64,000 nt of DNA, from positions 1 to 64,000 of the forward strand of contig JAAOMT010000094.1 in assembly GCA_016748015.1 (NCBI GenBank), in the 5' to 3' direction. This document shows, piece by piece, positions 27,588 to 39,358 of this stretch. The translations under genes and the position numbers were made by a program. The stretch is from Geosiphon pyriformis uo1. Taxonomy: Eukaryota > Fungi > Glomeromycota. How positions within the stretch are numbered: position 1 is the first letter of the stretch; every line of letters begins with the position of its first letter. Under the pieces are notes generated by a model that was given only the letters and a program-made list of their open reading frames with translations, searched no databases and was not told where the DNA came from.

Positions 27588-28579
27588 ATGGATATAATAA
27601 AAATTATTTTATTTTATTTTATTTTATCAGTATATATTCTTTTAACAATTTATTTGAGCTCTTTTCACAATTTTTTATCAAATGTAAATGATTTTAAATT
27701 GTACTTTAGTAAAAATTTAAAAAAAGTTCCATTACAAGGTAATTCAAAATTAAAATATTAAAAATTTACTTTATCACAGGCTCATTTATTTAGAGCTAAA
27801 AAATTATTTCATATTTAAATTAATTAATTAATTAATTAATTAATTAATTAAAAGAAATTTTTTGGAGGTTGAACTCTCGTGAAAAAGACAACAACAACAA
27901 CAACAACAACTTTCATTTCCTGAGATCAAAAATTGAAAGTAATATTTATCAAAAAAGGTTTCCAAATGAGATTGAATCTAATAAGCCAATTCAAAAGGGA
28001 CCAAAAAAGTCACAAATCTTCAGTAATAAGAAAATAGTTTTTCTTAGACGTATGGCTGAATATGCAAATTTTCCTTATTGTCTTCCCAGAAATTCAATTG
28101 GAACAGTTGTGAAAGAGGAGAATATAATTGGTATACTCAAAAATATTTTATAATTTATCTCTTCAATTTTTTAAAAATTTTAAAGGTCTTTTAAAAATAA
28201 AATATATTTTTAGCCGACATATGGGAGAGACCAAGAGGAGATAAACAACTAGTAGTTTACTTTCGAGGACCAAAGCTCAGCAAACAGGAATGGTTTAACA
28301 GAAAATTTAATCTCACTTCAATAAATTTGAATAATCTTTGGTCTGGAAAAAGTAGCGTTGATTCAATTTGGTTGAAGCATGTCAAAAAAATGATGCCTTC
28401 ACTGATCGGCAAAATTGAAAAAATACATTATGAAAAATTTCAAATGAATACTTTTGCAATTCACTTTGTCGGCCATGAAATTGGTGGAGGTAAATTTTTT
28501 TCTCTTTTAAAGTAAATTAATTTATTTTTATTTTTATTTTTATTTTTATTTTTCATTCAAAAATAATATATAATTACTA

Positions 28580-28630
<51 letters not shown>

Positions 28631-29176
28631 TGAAGCATATGCAATGCTAGCTGCTTTGTTTTTCCATCATGAAATATTTCACCAAAGAGAAGAGAGAAAT
28701 TATGGAATTAAACCATGGCGCATTGGTGTTGTAACTTTTGGTGCTCCCCGAATAGGGAATCTTGGATTTGTAAAATTAGTGAAAAATAAATTTAATTCTC
28801 AAACTATTTTTCGGGTAACTCATGGAAATGATTGGCTCTCTCGGGAATTTATGCCAAAAGGACTTTTTTTACACCATGACAGGGAGTTTTGGTTAGATTA
28901 CCAAAACTATGATTGTGAATGTTCCAAATTTCAATCTTTATTTGAATGTTTTGGAAGAAACACTGACGGAGAGATTGATGAAAATTTGGTAAGAAATTTA
29001 TTAAAAATAAGAAATGCATTCAAAAAACTTTTTTCATTTAATAATAAAAACTTTTTTAGGAATGTAATTTGGGAACAATTGATTCAGGAAAAGAAGTTGA
29101 TAATGATAAACGATCTTATTTTGGTATTATTTTCGGTAACTGTACCGGAATAAGTCGTGAAATTTTGAATTATTAA
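27588..29176 (+). CDS. Class 3 lipase-like paralogue C (GHEIG: Ser replaced by Glu)
   Basis: Hydrophobic N-terminus MDIIKIILFYFILSVYILL, then AEYANFPYC, VYFRG, FVGHEIGG|AYA, VTFGAPRIGN, HDREFW..CEC and RSYFG..C, with canonical introns. Confidence 0.8.
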
Positions 29177-29504
29177 ATTTTTCTTGAAATAAAATTTTTT
29201 TTTTAAAAAAAAAAGAAGTTATCTAGGGGTAAATTATCTTTTCATTTTTTTTTAAACATTTATTCAGAATTATCAAGAAATTTAGAAAAAAAAAAATAAA
29301 CTTTAGCTTTCTATATGTAACCTTTAAATTTAATAATTAGTTATAATATTAAATACAATAAATTATATATATTAAAATTTTAAAAAAATAATAATTAACC
29401 AAATACCTTAATATAATCTTTTTTCAAAAATAATGATTGATAATTAAATTTTTTACTTGTCATAAAAATTTATTTCATTGTTTCTTTTAACTTCAAAATA
29501 AAAT

Positions 29505-30862
29505 TCAACATTCTCCCATGACAACTCCAAAATATGGCCCACGATTTGAAAAAAGTTCATTATCCGTTTTATCAATATTATCTTGACTAATATCAATATT
29601 ATTTTGACCAATACTGCATTCCTAGAAAATTTTTACCAATAATATATTAGATGTCATAAATTATTATTTTTTTCACCAATTTCAAAATTTACAAACCTCA
29701 TTCTCATCAATATATCCAATCCTTTTCTTTCCTTTACACTCCCAAACAAGGAGAAAGTCGTTATTACATTCACAATTATTATTTTCTTCACTAGTCTCGT
29801 CTTTTTCAATCCAAAACTCGGTTTGTGGATGCCAATATCCATATTCATCAAGTACTGGAATTTGAGTTACAATATCTTTTACCCTCGTAATACGGTATAA
29901 AATAATTTGTTTATTAATATAAAAACTAAAGTTTCGATTTCCAAATCTTGGTTGTCCAAATGAGTAGACAATAAACTTGCGATTCTTGTAAGCTAAATTC
30001 TTTTTTAATTCCAACGCTGTTAAGATTGCGTATACTTTAAGAAAGGTAAATTTTTATGAATTAAAATAATTATCTAATTGATATATATATTAATTAGACT
30101 TTTAACCCTACTTACCTGCCCCAACATTATGTCCAGTCATAATTACATCAGCGAAAGGATGTTCATTTAAAACTTGGAAAAAATATTCGAAAAAATTCGT
30201 TTGTTCTTTAGCTTTGTTGAGATCCTGATAAAATAAAGCATCTACTTTCGATCGCTGACCTCCACTGTATCGCTTTAATTGATTTTTTCTTTTATCCCAA
30301 TTTCTTTTATCGAATTTTGATTGACCACGAAAAGCTATTACAATTTCATGGTGAAATAACGACGGTTGTTGAATGAATAATAATTGAGCTAAATTTTTTA
30401 TGTTTACCCAATGAGAATTTGAAAAAATTTATGTGTGAATAAAATTCAGAGTTTAAAAATAAAACATATATAGTATAATATATATATATATATATATTAT
30501 AAATTTTTACCTTGAATAGCATCTGTAAAATGATATTTCTTATCCAAGCAATAAGCCTTGTTTGCAAATATTGCCATCTCATGAAATTTTTTTAGTCGAA
30601 TATCAGTTTTTAATAATTGAATTTTGCTTGCAAAAGTTACCGAATTTCTTTCAAATTTCTTATGTTGGGATATTTTAATGTTTAATAATAAATTTCCTTT
30701 TTTAAGAAGTGTTTGATTATTTTTTTGATCCCATTTAATTAAATTATTAATATCTTTATGAAAATTTGTTTTATCAATTAAAATATTCATTCTCTCTAAT
30801 AAAAAAATCCAAAATATTAAAATAAAAAGCACTATTACAAAAAATTTTTGATCTCGAATCAT
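29505..30862 (-). CDS. Class 3 lipase-like paralogue D (GHNVG: Ser replaced by Asn)
   Basis: Hydrophobic N-terminus, then ANKAYC, IAFRG, MTGHNVGA|VYA, YSFGQPRFGN, KDIVTQIP, HPQTEFW..CEC and NRGPYFG..C*. Exon 2 boundaries are uncertain. Confidence 0.8.
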
Positions 30863-31579
30863 GAAAGAAATTTTTTTTTTTTAAAAGAAAAAAGATTATG
30901 ATTCTTTTTCTTGGAAATCATTAACTGAAATCAGAATATCATAAAAAAATATTAATTTATATATCGAAAAATATTAAATGAAACTTTAGACAGTAATTAA
31001 AGAGTGAGTGATAGGATAATTTATACGACAATGATCATTATTAAAAATCAAAACAAAAAATCTCTATCAGAAACAAAACTAATCTTCTTAAAAGATAACA
31101 AAAAATATAATCCTTTGTTGAGTTTTTTTTAAAAAATCATATTTTCTGAAACAAATCAATATTTTCATCAATATTCATTCTACCAACCTTGACTGATCAT
31201 TTTTATAATACAAAATTTTTAAACTAAAGATTAGAACTTTAAAGCTTTCCTTAATTTTTGATCCTTGTAAAAAAATTTACCAAAAAAGTCAAAGCACAAA
31301 TAAATTTTTCAAGATAAAATATTCTGTTTACTTTTTTAAATAAAAATTTATTGCATAATACTTGCCTTTTAACGCTAAGTTCTATTTTTTTCATTCGTAA
31401 ATATTTGTTCAGACTTCAAAATTGTCATATTTTTTTTAACAGTTTTTTTTTAATGAGCCTATTTTTCTCCATCATTTCTCAATCATTTCTAACAAAATGT
31501 TAGAAATACACTTGACAGAACAAAGTTACCGAATACTTTATTATTCTCAAATTATTACAAATAACAATTAATATTTAAT

Positions 31580-31760
31580 ATCTTGTAGGTTCACCCTCAT
31601 TTTTAATACATTCCTAAATATATCTCAATTAAAATTCTTATATTTTTACCCTAGTTGAGTTCTGGAGATTTTGCAGGCCAATATGGAAGCGATGTGATTT
31701 TTTCTAAGAGGACAGGGTTTCAATGAATCAGAGCATTATCTTGTTGAAATAACAAGTAAC
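31580..31760 (-). mobile_element. Tc1/mariner DDE transposase relic
   Basis: Minus strand LFQQDNALIH*...YWPAKSPELN*GKNI matches the FQQDNAPxH...WPxxSPDLNPIEN motifs. Contains stops and a deletion. Confidence 0.8.
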
Positions 31761-33531
31761 AAAGTTTTTGTATATGACCAAATTGATCTAATTTTTATTT
31801 TTTTGCTCTAAAAATCATTTCCATCATACACTAACAGTTAGTAAAAAATGCTAAATATTGAATCTTTCTTCTTAAATTTCAAAGTCATTTACTTTTTTCA
31901 AATTTTTAAAAATGTCAAAAATATAATGAATATTAATAATTTATAAACGATAATGTTTTTAATTATGTTTTAAAAATTTTAAAATATTAATATTAAGAAT
32001 TAAATATAAAAATAATTTATTTATGTATTATTATAATTTTTTGGCTAATAATAAACATTTTAAAATATTTTATTTATTAATAAAATAATTAATTTTTATT
32101 TATTTAAATACTTTAACAAAATATAATTTAACTATTATTTATGTAAATATAATAAAAAAATAACTTATATATAATTTTTAAATATATCTAATTATTTAAA
32201 TTTACATTTTAATTATATAAAATTAAAATATTTTGATTTTTTCAATGAACGTAATTATTATTTATTATCTTATAAAAATATTTTTAATAAAACAATTTTT
32301 TTTTTTAATTTTCATTAAGAACTAAATAAATTAATTAACAATTTAATTAACATAATAATAATAATAAATTTAATATTCTTAAATATAATAAAAAATTAAC
32401 TTATTAAATTTAAATTTATTAATAATATTTTATATAAAAAAACTTTATAATATTTTTAATAACTATTTTAAACTTAATAAAATCAAATAATTAAAATTCA
32501 GTTTTAAAATAACTTAATTTAATTTTAAAAAAATATTAAATACCAAGATAAAAACTATCTATTTAAAATTTTCAGTTATTAATTATTATTAAAATATTAT
32601 AACAAATTGAAAAAAATAAAAAATTGTTATTTTATTTTTTATAATTTTTAAACAATAAAAATACATATTAAAATACAATTTGTTTTGTTTTTATAATAAT
32701 TAAAATTAATTAATTAAAAATAACCATATTAACCAATATGACCAAATATATTTTTATTTTAATAAACATTGATTAAAAAAATTTTTACACCTAAAATTGT
32801 TAATATAAAACTAGTAAAAAAGTTAGTATTAAAAAAATTTATTTTTCAAAAAAAGCTGGCTTTATTTAAAAATCTTGTTAATAAATAAAATTGGTTTATC
32901 ATGTTTTTTTAAAAAACTTTAACTAATTAAGGGTTTTTAATCTGTATTGTTTTAAGAAAAATTTTTTTTATTACTGAAAAAACTTTTTTAGTTGTAATTT
33001 TTTTAATTATATTAAAAAAAATAGTTATTGCTTTTTTTTTCTTTTGCTTTAATTGTAAACATAAAATCTTCATAATTTAAATACAAGAAATACAACTTCA
33101 AGCAATATGAGTGCAAGATCATATCATAAACTGTCCCAAGTGAAACTTTATTCAAGCTCTTAAAGATGTTAAATTTTTAAGCTCCGCATGAAACAATCTT
33201 GGCCAGGGATAAGGCATCCATTAAGCTGATCATATGTCGTCGATTAATTTTAACATTAGTTACAAAATACTTTGCCAATAAAACGTTCAACTCATGGTAA
33301 TCCCACTGGCCTTCACATCTGACTTTCTGTAAGACTGCTCTGCTGTATTCAGTATCAAAAAGATCACGAATAATATCAATATTGATAAAATATAATTTCT
33401 TTATTTATCTAATTATCATTATATCAACCTCGGGAGCTTCTGCATTACCTGGTATAGCTACACTTTTCTTTGTTTGGGGTTATCGTAGAAATCAGTTTTA
33501 TCAGCGGTTACTCGAGATGAAAATCCAAATA

Positions 33532-36108
33532 TTAAGGTGCTTTATTGTTGCCCATTTTTCTTCCTGAGGAATCCAGGGAAGGCGTTGGTTTCTCAAAAGC
33601 AGATGACTCACTTTTGTTAAAAAGAGGGAAAGCATTGATACATGATTAATTGAAAATATTGATAAAGCACCAAAGTAAATTAAAATTTCACCAAAATTGA
33701 GCTTTTATTTTAGAAGGATAATAATTCATCCATTGATGAGTTGTTCCCGAGTTAAAACTCCCTGGATTAAAGGTGAGACAATCTTCATAAGTAAACTGAA
33801 ACTGTGGTCCTCGATCCGCTAGTATTAACTTTTTAAATTTATTACTAATTAGTGCTTTTAGCGTGCAAACTTAAAAATCACCATATTCATCAATGAAACC
33901 TTACTGTGTGTGGTAATGGATATAAACGTAGTGTATGGTCGAATTCCCAATGAATCGGGCAAACACTAAGAGGGAAAGGAGAGAGATGTCCTTGTGCGAT
34001 TAAAGTTTTGATCACCTATATATATATGAGGAATTTTTATCATTTAATCCTAATTTTTCAACAATAAACTAGAAAATCATATACATGCTCAACCTCATCT
34101 GGTTGATATTGCTTTTCGTCCGTACGACATTCCAATAACAAGTTTCTATGAAATTTTTCCATGATATCGTTTCGATATATTACAATTTCTTGCGTCAAAA
34201 ATTGTAATCTATATAAATTATCCATGAGAATCGCAGGAAAAAAGTCAAAGAATTCAGAATAATAAATAAATCATTACCTGCAAGGGTTGGTAGTGAAAAA
34301 TGCTCGCTTAACTCTTTTCCTCAAACCTGAAGTGTAAATATCCGGTATAGGGAAGTGAGGGAAAACCCCACGGAGATATGGATCTCGCGGACCAGGTACG
34401 AACACGAAATTTGTGTGGATTGCTAACTTTGGATACATGGCAATCAAATCACCGAGGGAAGAGAAACCATCTAAGAACGTTAAAAGAAAAAATTAATTTC
34501 GAGTCATTAAATTGGATAATATCAAAATAATTTACCAGCATAATCTTCATCCTCGCCATTGACTTGTTCAGACCAAAAGTTTCCTATAAGTATTACAGCA
34601 AATGGAATTACATCCTTCTTTGAATAGGCACTGAAAATGGTATCTAATTTCTCGAAAGTCTGTCAAAATTCGGCATTTAAGTTTCATATCAACCATATCA
34701 CCATTCTTGAAAGGGAGGTAGAAGACTATGTGTTGTAAACTAATTACCTGATCCTGGTTCAAATAAACATCCGAAAAAACCAAAAACATCATATGGTGAC
34801 ATTTTTCTACGTAAGGTTGCAATATGAACTGAAAAAATCCCCATGCAATACTTCGATTAGCCTTTATCGATGATTAGAATTGAAACCCAAGGAAATCTAC
34901 CTCATTTTCAAAAATTTTTGTACATCCCAAGAAATCGATGTTCCTAAATGCATTTCTGCAATCGTATTATGTTTCATTATAAAAATATTGACAAAATAAT
35001 ATACATAAAAAAATAAAATCGATTATACACGGGAAATTTGAAAAACCTTGTAACTGCTCGCTTCTCAACTGGAGGATGTGCTAGATAAGATGCCTCAAAA
35101 ATCTCATCCTCATCATTGAAAAATCCTTGCACAACCAAAAAACAATTTGGCACAAGAATACGATTTGGAATTGTCTGTTCAAATTATTTGAGCGTTGAAT
35201 GATTTATACTGTTTCATAACTTAAAAAATGTTAAGCAAGCTACTGACCGCATTGGAAATATTCAACTCGATTTTATCTTCAGAATCTTCCAGGTAATATT
35301 TATCACAGGTTAGTGTTAGCATCCCAAATAGTAAATGTGGCTCTCGCTTCTTCCCACGTAAATCTTTAATGAAAGAAAGCTAGATGGGATTCAAACATAC
35401 AAAAATTTAATATCTAATTATACAGGATTTTAGGGTAAATAGACATCTAAACCTTATATCGCTGTGATGTTTTAACGTTCCAACTGCAAGTAAATAACGA
35501 ATGTCGTAAGATCCTTTGCAGCAAAAGTTCATACCGCGCTTTAAAAAGCTTTGGTCTATAATCTTCTTCGCCTATTACTTTTCGGGCTTTTCCAATGCTG
35601 AATATACAAAAGGCTGGTAAGTTATATATCCAGAAAAAGTTAAAAAAAATTACGAGCTCTCACCATAGGAAATTTTGATTGATCTGTGAGTACTCCATTC
35701 TAGGAGTATCCTGAGCACCAATAATGTTAAAGAAATTGTAGTAATCTATATCGAAATCACTATTCGTTTCGTCATTTTCTGCACTGAAAGTTTCATGCGG
35801 GGTCGCTACTTGAAGATTCGCGATTAGAGGTTTTAACTTGTCAAGATTGACAATACCAACTAGTTCAGTGATTTGTATGTTAGAATTTGCTAATAAGGAA
35901 AATGAATATTGAAAGAAAAGAGGAGCAATAGACCTTTGTATCTTTTCTTATACTCTCTTGCTATATGTGTTATAGTGTCCCCCACTTCGTTTTCCGGAAC
36001 CTCATTCTCAGAAAACACAAGTCTTAGATGTTCGAAGGCTGCTGCGTTCACTTGTAGCTGCTCCATTTTGAATATTTTGAGACATGTTTGGTTGAATAAA
36101 GCTGCCAT
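33532..36108 (-). CDS. DPB2: DNA polymerase epsilon subunit B, multi-exon
   Basis: Motifs CFLVVQG...HPPVEKR, FSDVYL, FVFVPGPRDP, TNPCRLQFLTQEIVIYRND, KTLIAQGHLSPFPL..PIHWEFDHTLRLYPLP and FNPGSF. The last exon is uncertain; the unspliced frame stops near 33688. Confidence 0.9.
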
Positions 36109-36183
36109 TTTAATTTCAACAGGCCAAAATAATTGAAGTTGAATCAATAGGAACGCGTAGGTTGTTGTACGCGAATAATAGAG

Positions 36184-36208
36184 GTCAGTTATTTGATCCA
36201 TTGATCAG
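36184..36208 (+). repeat. Left terminal inverted repeat (candidate)
   Basis: GTCAGTTATTTGATCC (36184-36199) versus the reverse complement of 37411-37426, GTTAGTTTTTTGATCC. The inner TGATCAG (36202-36208) matches the reverse complement of CTGATCA (37396-37402). Confidence 0.6.
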
Positions 36209-36244
36209 TGAGGCTGGTGTGGCTAATCGACACTGATGAAAAAA

Positions 36245-36530
36245 TCAGCTTAATAATGCGAGGATTTTGAGCGACAAAAATAACATTTCGCCCGATACCT
36301 GACAAATGGGCTGACCAGCAATACCGGCTCTGGGGTCAACTTCAAGCACCAAGAGCTCAAGACCCTACTGGAACGATCAAGCTCGAAGGTTGCATATGAA
36401 TATATTGCTGAAGTGTGAAGTTAAGATACATGGCAAAATTCTGAGCACAAATTGTTATGGTGCGCAAGTTTTGCAGAATGGAGCAAGATATATTGGAGGA
36501 GGTCAAAGGCAAACAGGCAGAACCAATCAC
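36245..36530 (+). pseudogene. tnpA: IS607-family serine recombinase/transposase TnpA relic
   Basis: One frame, 36245-36379, reads SA**CEDFERQK*HFARYLTNGLTSNTGSGVNFKHQELKTLLERS. This matches the IS607 consensus SxKQxxDLERQ...YPxxEII.DIGSGLNFKRKGLxxLLE. The YARVS catalytic motif is not recognisable and the 3' extent is approximate. Confidence 0.8.
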
Positions 36531-36622
36531 ACTGGTTAATGGCAACCGGCACCTTGACACAAGGTAAATATCTAATTTTTGCGTTCTTATTATTATTATT
36601 TTATGCCTTTTTTATTTTTAAG

Positions 36623-37358
36623 GATAAACATCTACTATGGCCTCTCCACTTCGAAAAGAAACGTAAAAATAACAAATGGGGCAATCCACAAGATCACATG
36701 TGATGGAAAGCTGACTTAAATCGCAAAACTAATGAGTGGGACTTTTTGTGGATATACAAGATGCAAAAGCAGCTTCGCGAAATTCAAACGGATGGCAGTC
36801 CCCAAAGATCCTGGCATTCGCACTCCATTTACATGGTATTTCCCAACAAAAGGTGTAGGTAAAATCGAGGAACATGAAATTGGACGTAGTATTCGTCTTT
36901 GCACCTACATGGACAATTTGATATCATAAAAAGACAAGTTTATACGATCAACTTTCAAATGTAAAAAGAAGGTTAAGACTTGAAAAAGCAGTGACAAAAT
37001 GAAATTCACAGAAAGGCGATTATGTTTTTTATTTGTGTTCGATGCTATCATCATCCTGCCGTTCGAGGTATCCAACATGATAAATCGAAAACGATCCGAA
37101 GAATGCTTGGTTGGGCACACTATCGATTTCCCCAACATCTGGTAGCTAAAACAGAATAATTTGGTGTGTGTGTTATTGTCCAGAATAAAGCTCATACGTC
37201 CAAGGCTTGTAGCAGATGTGGTAATGTCCAAAGAATCGGAGGGTCCAAGGTGTACAAATGGAATTATAGGACTAATAGGAAGAGACGAAAAATAGGCACT
37301 GCTTGATGGAGCCTTGATTCTCTCCGTAGATCATGGAGGAAATAGTAGCTATAATTAG
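36623..37358 (+). pseudogene. Fanzor2 / IS607 TnpB-like RNA-guided nuclease relic (C-terminal 230-240 aa)
   Basis: Across frameshifts: ITCDGKLT...EWDFLWIY; RuvC-I DPGIRTPFTWY (D at 36807); EIHRKAI; RuvC-II FDAIIILPFEVSNM (E at 37065); IRRMLGWAHYRF; zinc finger AHTSKACSRCG..IGGSKVYK; RuvC-III RD (37281-37286); ALLDGALIL. Confidence 0.88.
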
Positions 37359-37426
37359 CAATTGCCTATTATATATTACATTCGAATTTCTATTCCTGAT
37401 CAGTTGAGAAGGATCAAAAAACTAAC
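37310..37426 (+). ncRNA. Candidate omega-RNA scaffold relic at the element right end
   Basis: Positional inference from TnpB/Fanzor biology, plus possible hairpins (CTCCG..TGGAG; TATAAT..GCAATTGC..ATTATA). Not validated. Confidence 0.3.
37396..37426 (-). repeat. Right terminal inverted repeat (candidate)
   Basis: Inverted partner of 36184-36208. Confidence 0.6.
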
Positions 37427-37492
37427 GTGGAAATCTTCTTTATAGAAAAAATCTCGAATCGAAAAAATAAATTTCTTAGATCAAGACTTCTA

Positions 37493-39190
37493 TTATAAAG
37501 CTAAACTAGATTCACCCTCATCAATGGTATTAACTGCCAAAAACTTTTCAGCTACAACTGAATTTCCTGTTCCAGCATTTATAATTTCAATTTCTTTGAA
37601 AGGAGGTCTGAAAGCTATTGTATACGATATATGTGGATCATCAATAACAACGACTTCTCTTACCCATTGTAAAAACTGGCTGGCAAAGTTAAGGCATACT
37701 GCTGCATCCTACAAATTTAAATAAAAGAATAAGAGAAATTCCCAACAAGTCTTTTAAACTATCGTCTAAAATTAATTATGACTACTTACCCACATCCCTT
37801 GCTTTCCACGAACTAACCTTGGAATTTCAAGTGTGTTGAACTCTTGGATCTTTTCAAGAAATCCTTCATTATTTCGAAATCCAAAGATAATTCTGGGAAT
37901 TCCGATCAGGAATGATTGAGCCCAAGTTTTCATGAGTTTAAACCTATATCAAGAATTATTTTATTATAACTACATATGCTTGATAAAATACCAAAAGAAA
38001 ATATTGTTGAGTAATAGGAAAGGATTTACTTTTCAAAGTTATGTTGTTCTCGATCAGTGCGAATAATTTTTGATGTCTTTAACTCTATATATTCCTTTAT
38101 AGGATTATTCGATCGTTGAGGCTTGTGACCTATAAATAAAGATGATTTTTATTATGAATAAATATAATGAGATTCTTTTGTCCATTACCTCCTATACAAT
38201 CTACCTCGGCTCCCATTATAATCCGATGGGGACCTAATGTAGTTCTAGCCACAGAACAATATTGAATGTTGGTATTCACTATTGACGTCTTTCGATGAAT
38301 TAGTTCGGGATCATCGGACGAAATAATTTCGCTCGGCGGCTTAGCAATAGTGCATAAAGATTCAAATTTATAACCCCAATACATCATTTTTTTGTGTTGT
38401 GGTGTAACTCCCCTTGAATTTTGTTGCGTGTATATTGTTTCATGCTCTGCAATGAATCTAAGAGAAAATTACCAAAAGTGGAAAATTCTTGAAAATCTAA
38501 TCGAGCAACCCTTACATAGTTTTCTTAAAAGTTTAATAAATTCAAGGTTAACAAAAGGTTTATCTAAAAAAATGCTAAAATATATCATTCTTTAAAAAAA
38601 AACGTACTAACATTCCACAAAGTAGCACCGAATTCCCATGCGTCATTTCTAGCAAAGGGGGTACATAAAATTTTTGTAAAAATTCCTCGCCATGATACCT
38701 AAAATATACGATTCATTCAAAAAGACCTTTAAATCTAGACTAGACCTGATAAAATGAATTTAAATTTCTTACCACATCTATGCCTCCCAAAATGTTTGAG
38801 CTTAAAGACTTTTGACGATCAATTAAGGCATCGATCAAACAATTAAGTGGTTCGATTGAACTATTCCTTTCCACAAAAGACTCATAGCCTTCTGATAAAT
38901 TGATTTTTTCATTTAGCGTTGGCGGATAATAATATCTCTGATGTAAAAAAGTGTTAAAGACAAATAAGAAATTATCCCTTGACCAAGCTCGAGTGTCAAA
39001 ACTTTTGAACAAAGCCAAAAAAACCAGTAGAGATGCTTACCAGCTCACGGTCGTCCAAATGCATGATCCTCTCACCATCATGACTATAGCTAGTAACCTC
39101 TAAAGGCTGCTCGTAGACAGCACAAGCACCCTTGAAACGACCAATTGGGTGAATTGGAAATTTGTGAACGTGTTGTGGAGTACTTTGCAT
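37493..39190 (-). CDS. RAI1: RAI1/DXO family decapping exonuclease, multi-exon
   Basis: Motifs QPLEVTSYS, SWRGIFTKILCTPF, YWGYKFESLC, QYCSV, GAEVDC, YIELKTSK and KTWAQSFLIGIPRIIFGFR. Stop at 37493-37495; an upstream start near 39259 is possible. Confidence 0.92.
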
Positions 39191-39358
39191 TATTTGAGAC
39201 CAAAAATCCAGATTGCCCCATCTGTCTATATAAGGAAATAATAAATGCACTGTGCACATCTTCCAGTTTTCTCTCACCTTCCTAACAAGGTTAAAGTTTC
39301 GTTTGGCCAGGAGCTTCACTTTAGAGTAGGCTACAGATTAATAAATTGAATATTTATA

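Larger units (their letters stand above)
36184..37426 (+). mobile_element. Decayed IS607-type element carrying TnpA and Fanzor2 (TnpB-like) relics, bounded by imperfect inverted repeats
   Basis: A serine-recombinase relic is followed on the same strand by a RuvC/zinc-finger nuclease relic. Ends show a 14/16 nt inverted match. Confidence 0.85.

Noticed and set aside
33050-33530. Additional gene downstream of DPB2
   Set aside because: Short open frames on both strands with no start context or motif; may be UTR.
36357-37231. Minus-strand ORFs 36357..36560, 36716..36904 and 36905..37231
   Set aside because: Antisense shadows of the TnpA/Fanzor relic.
36623-37358. Active Fanzor nuclease or Cas12
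   Set aside because: Multiple stops, frameshifts and loss of the N-terminal half; no CRISPR array. Only a relic can be claimed.
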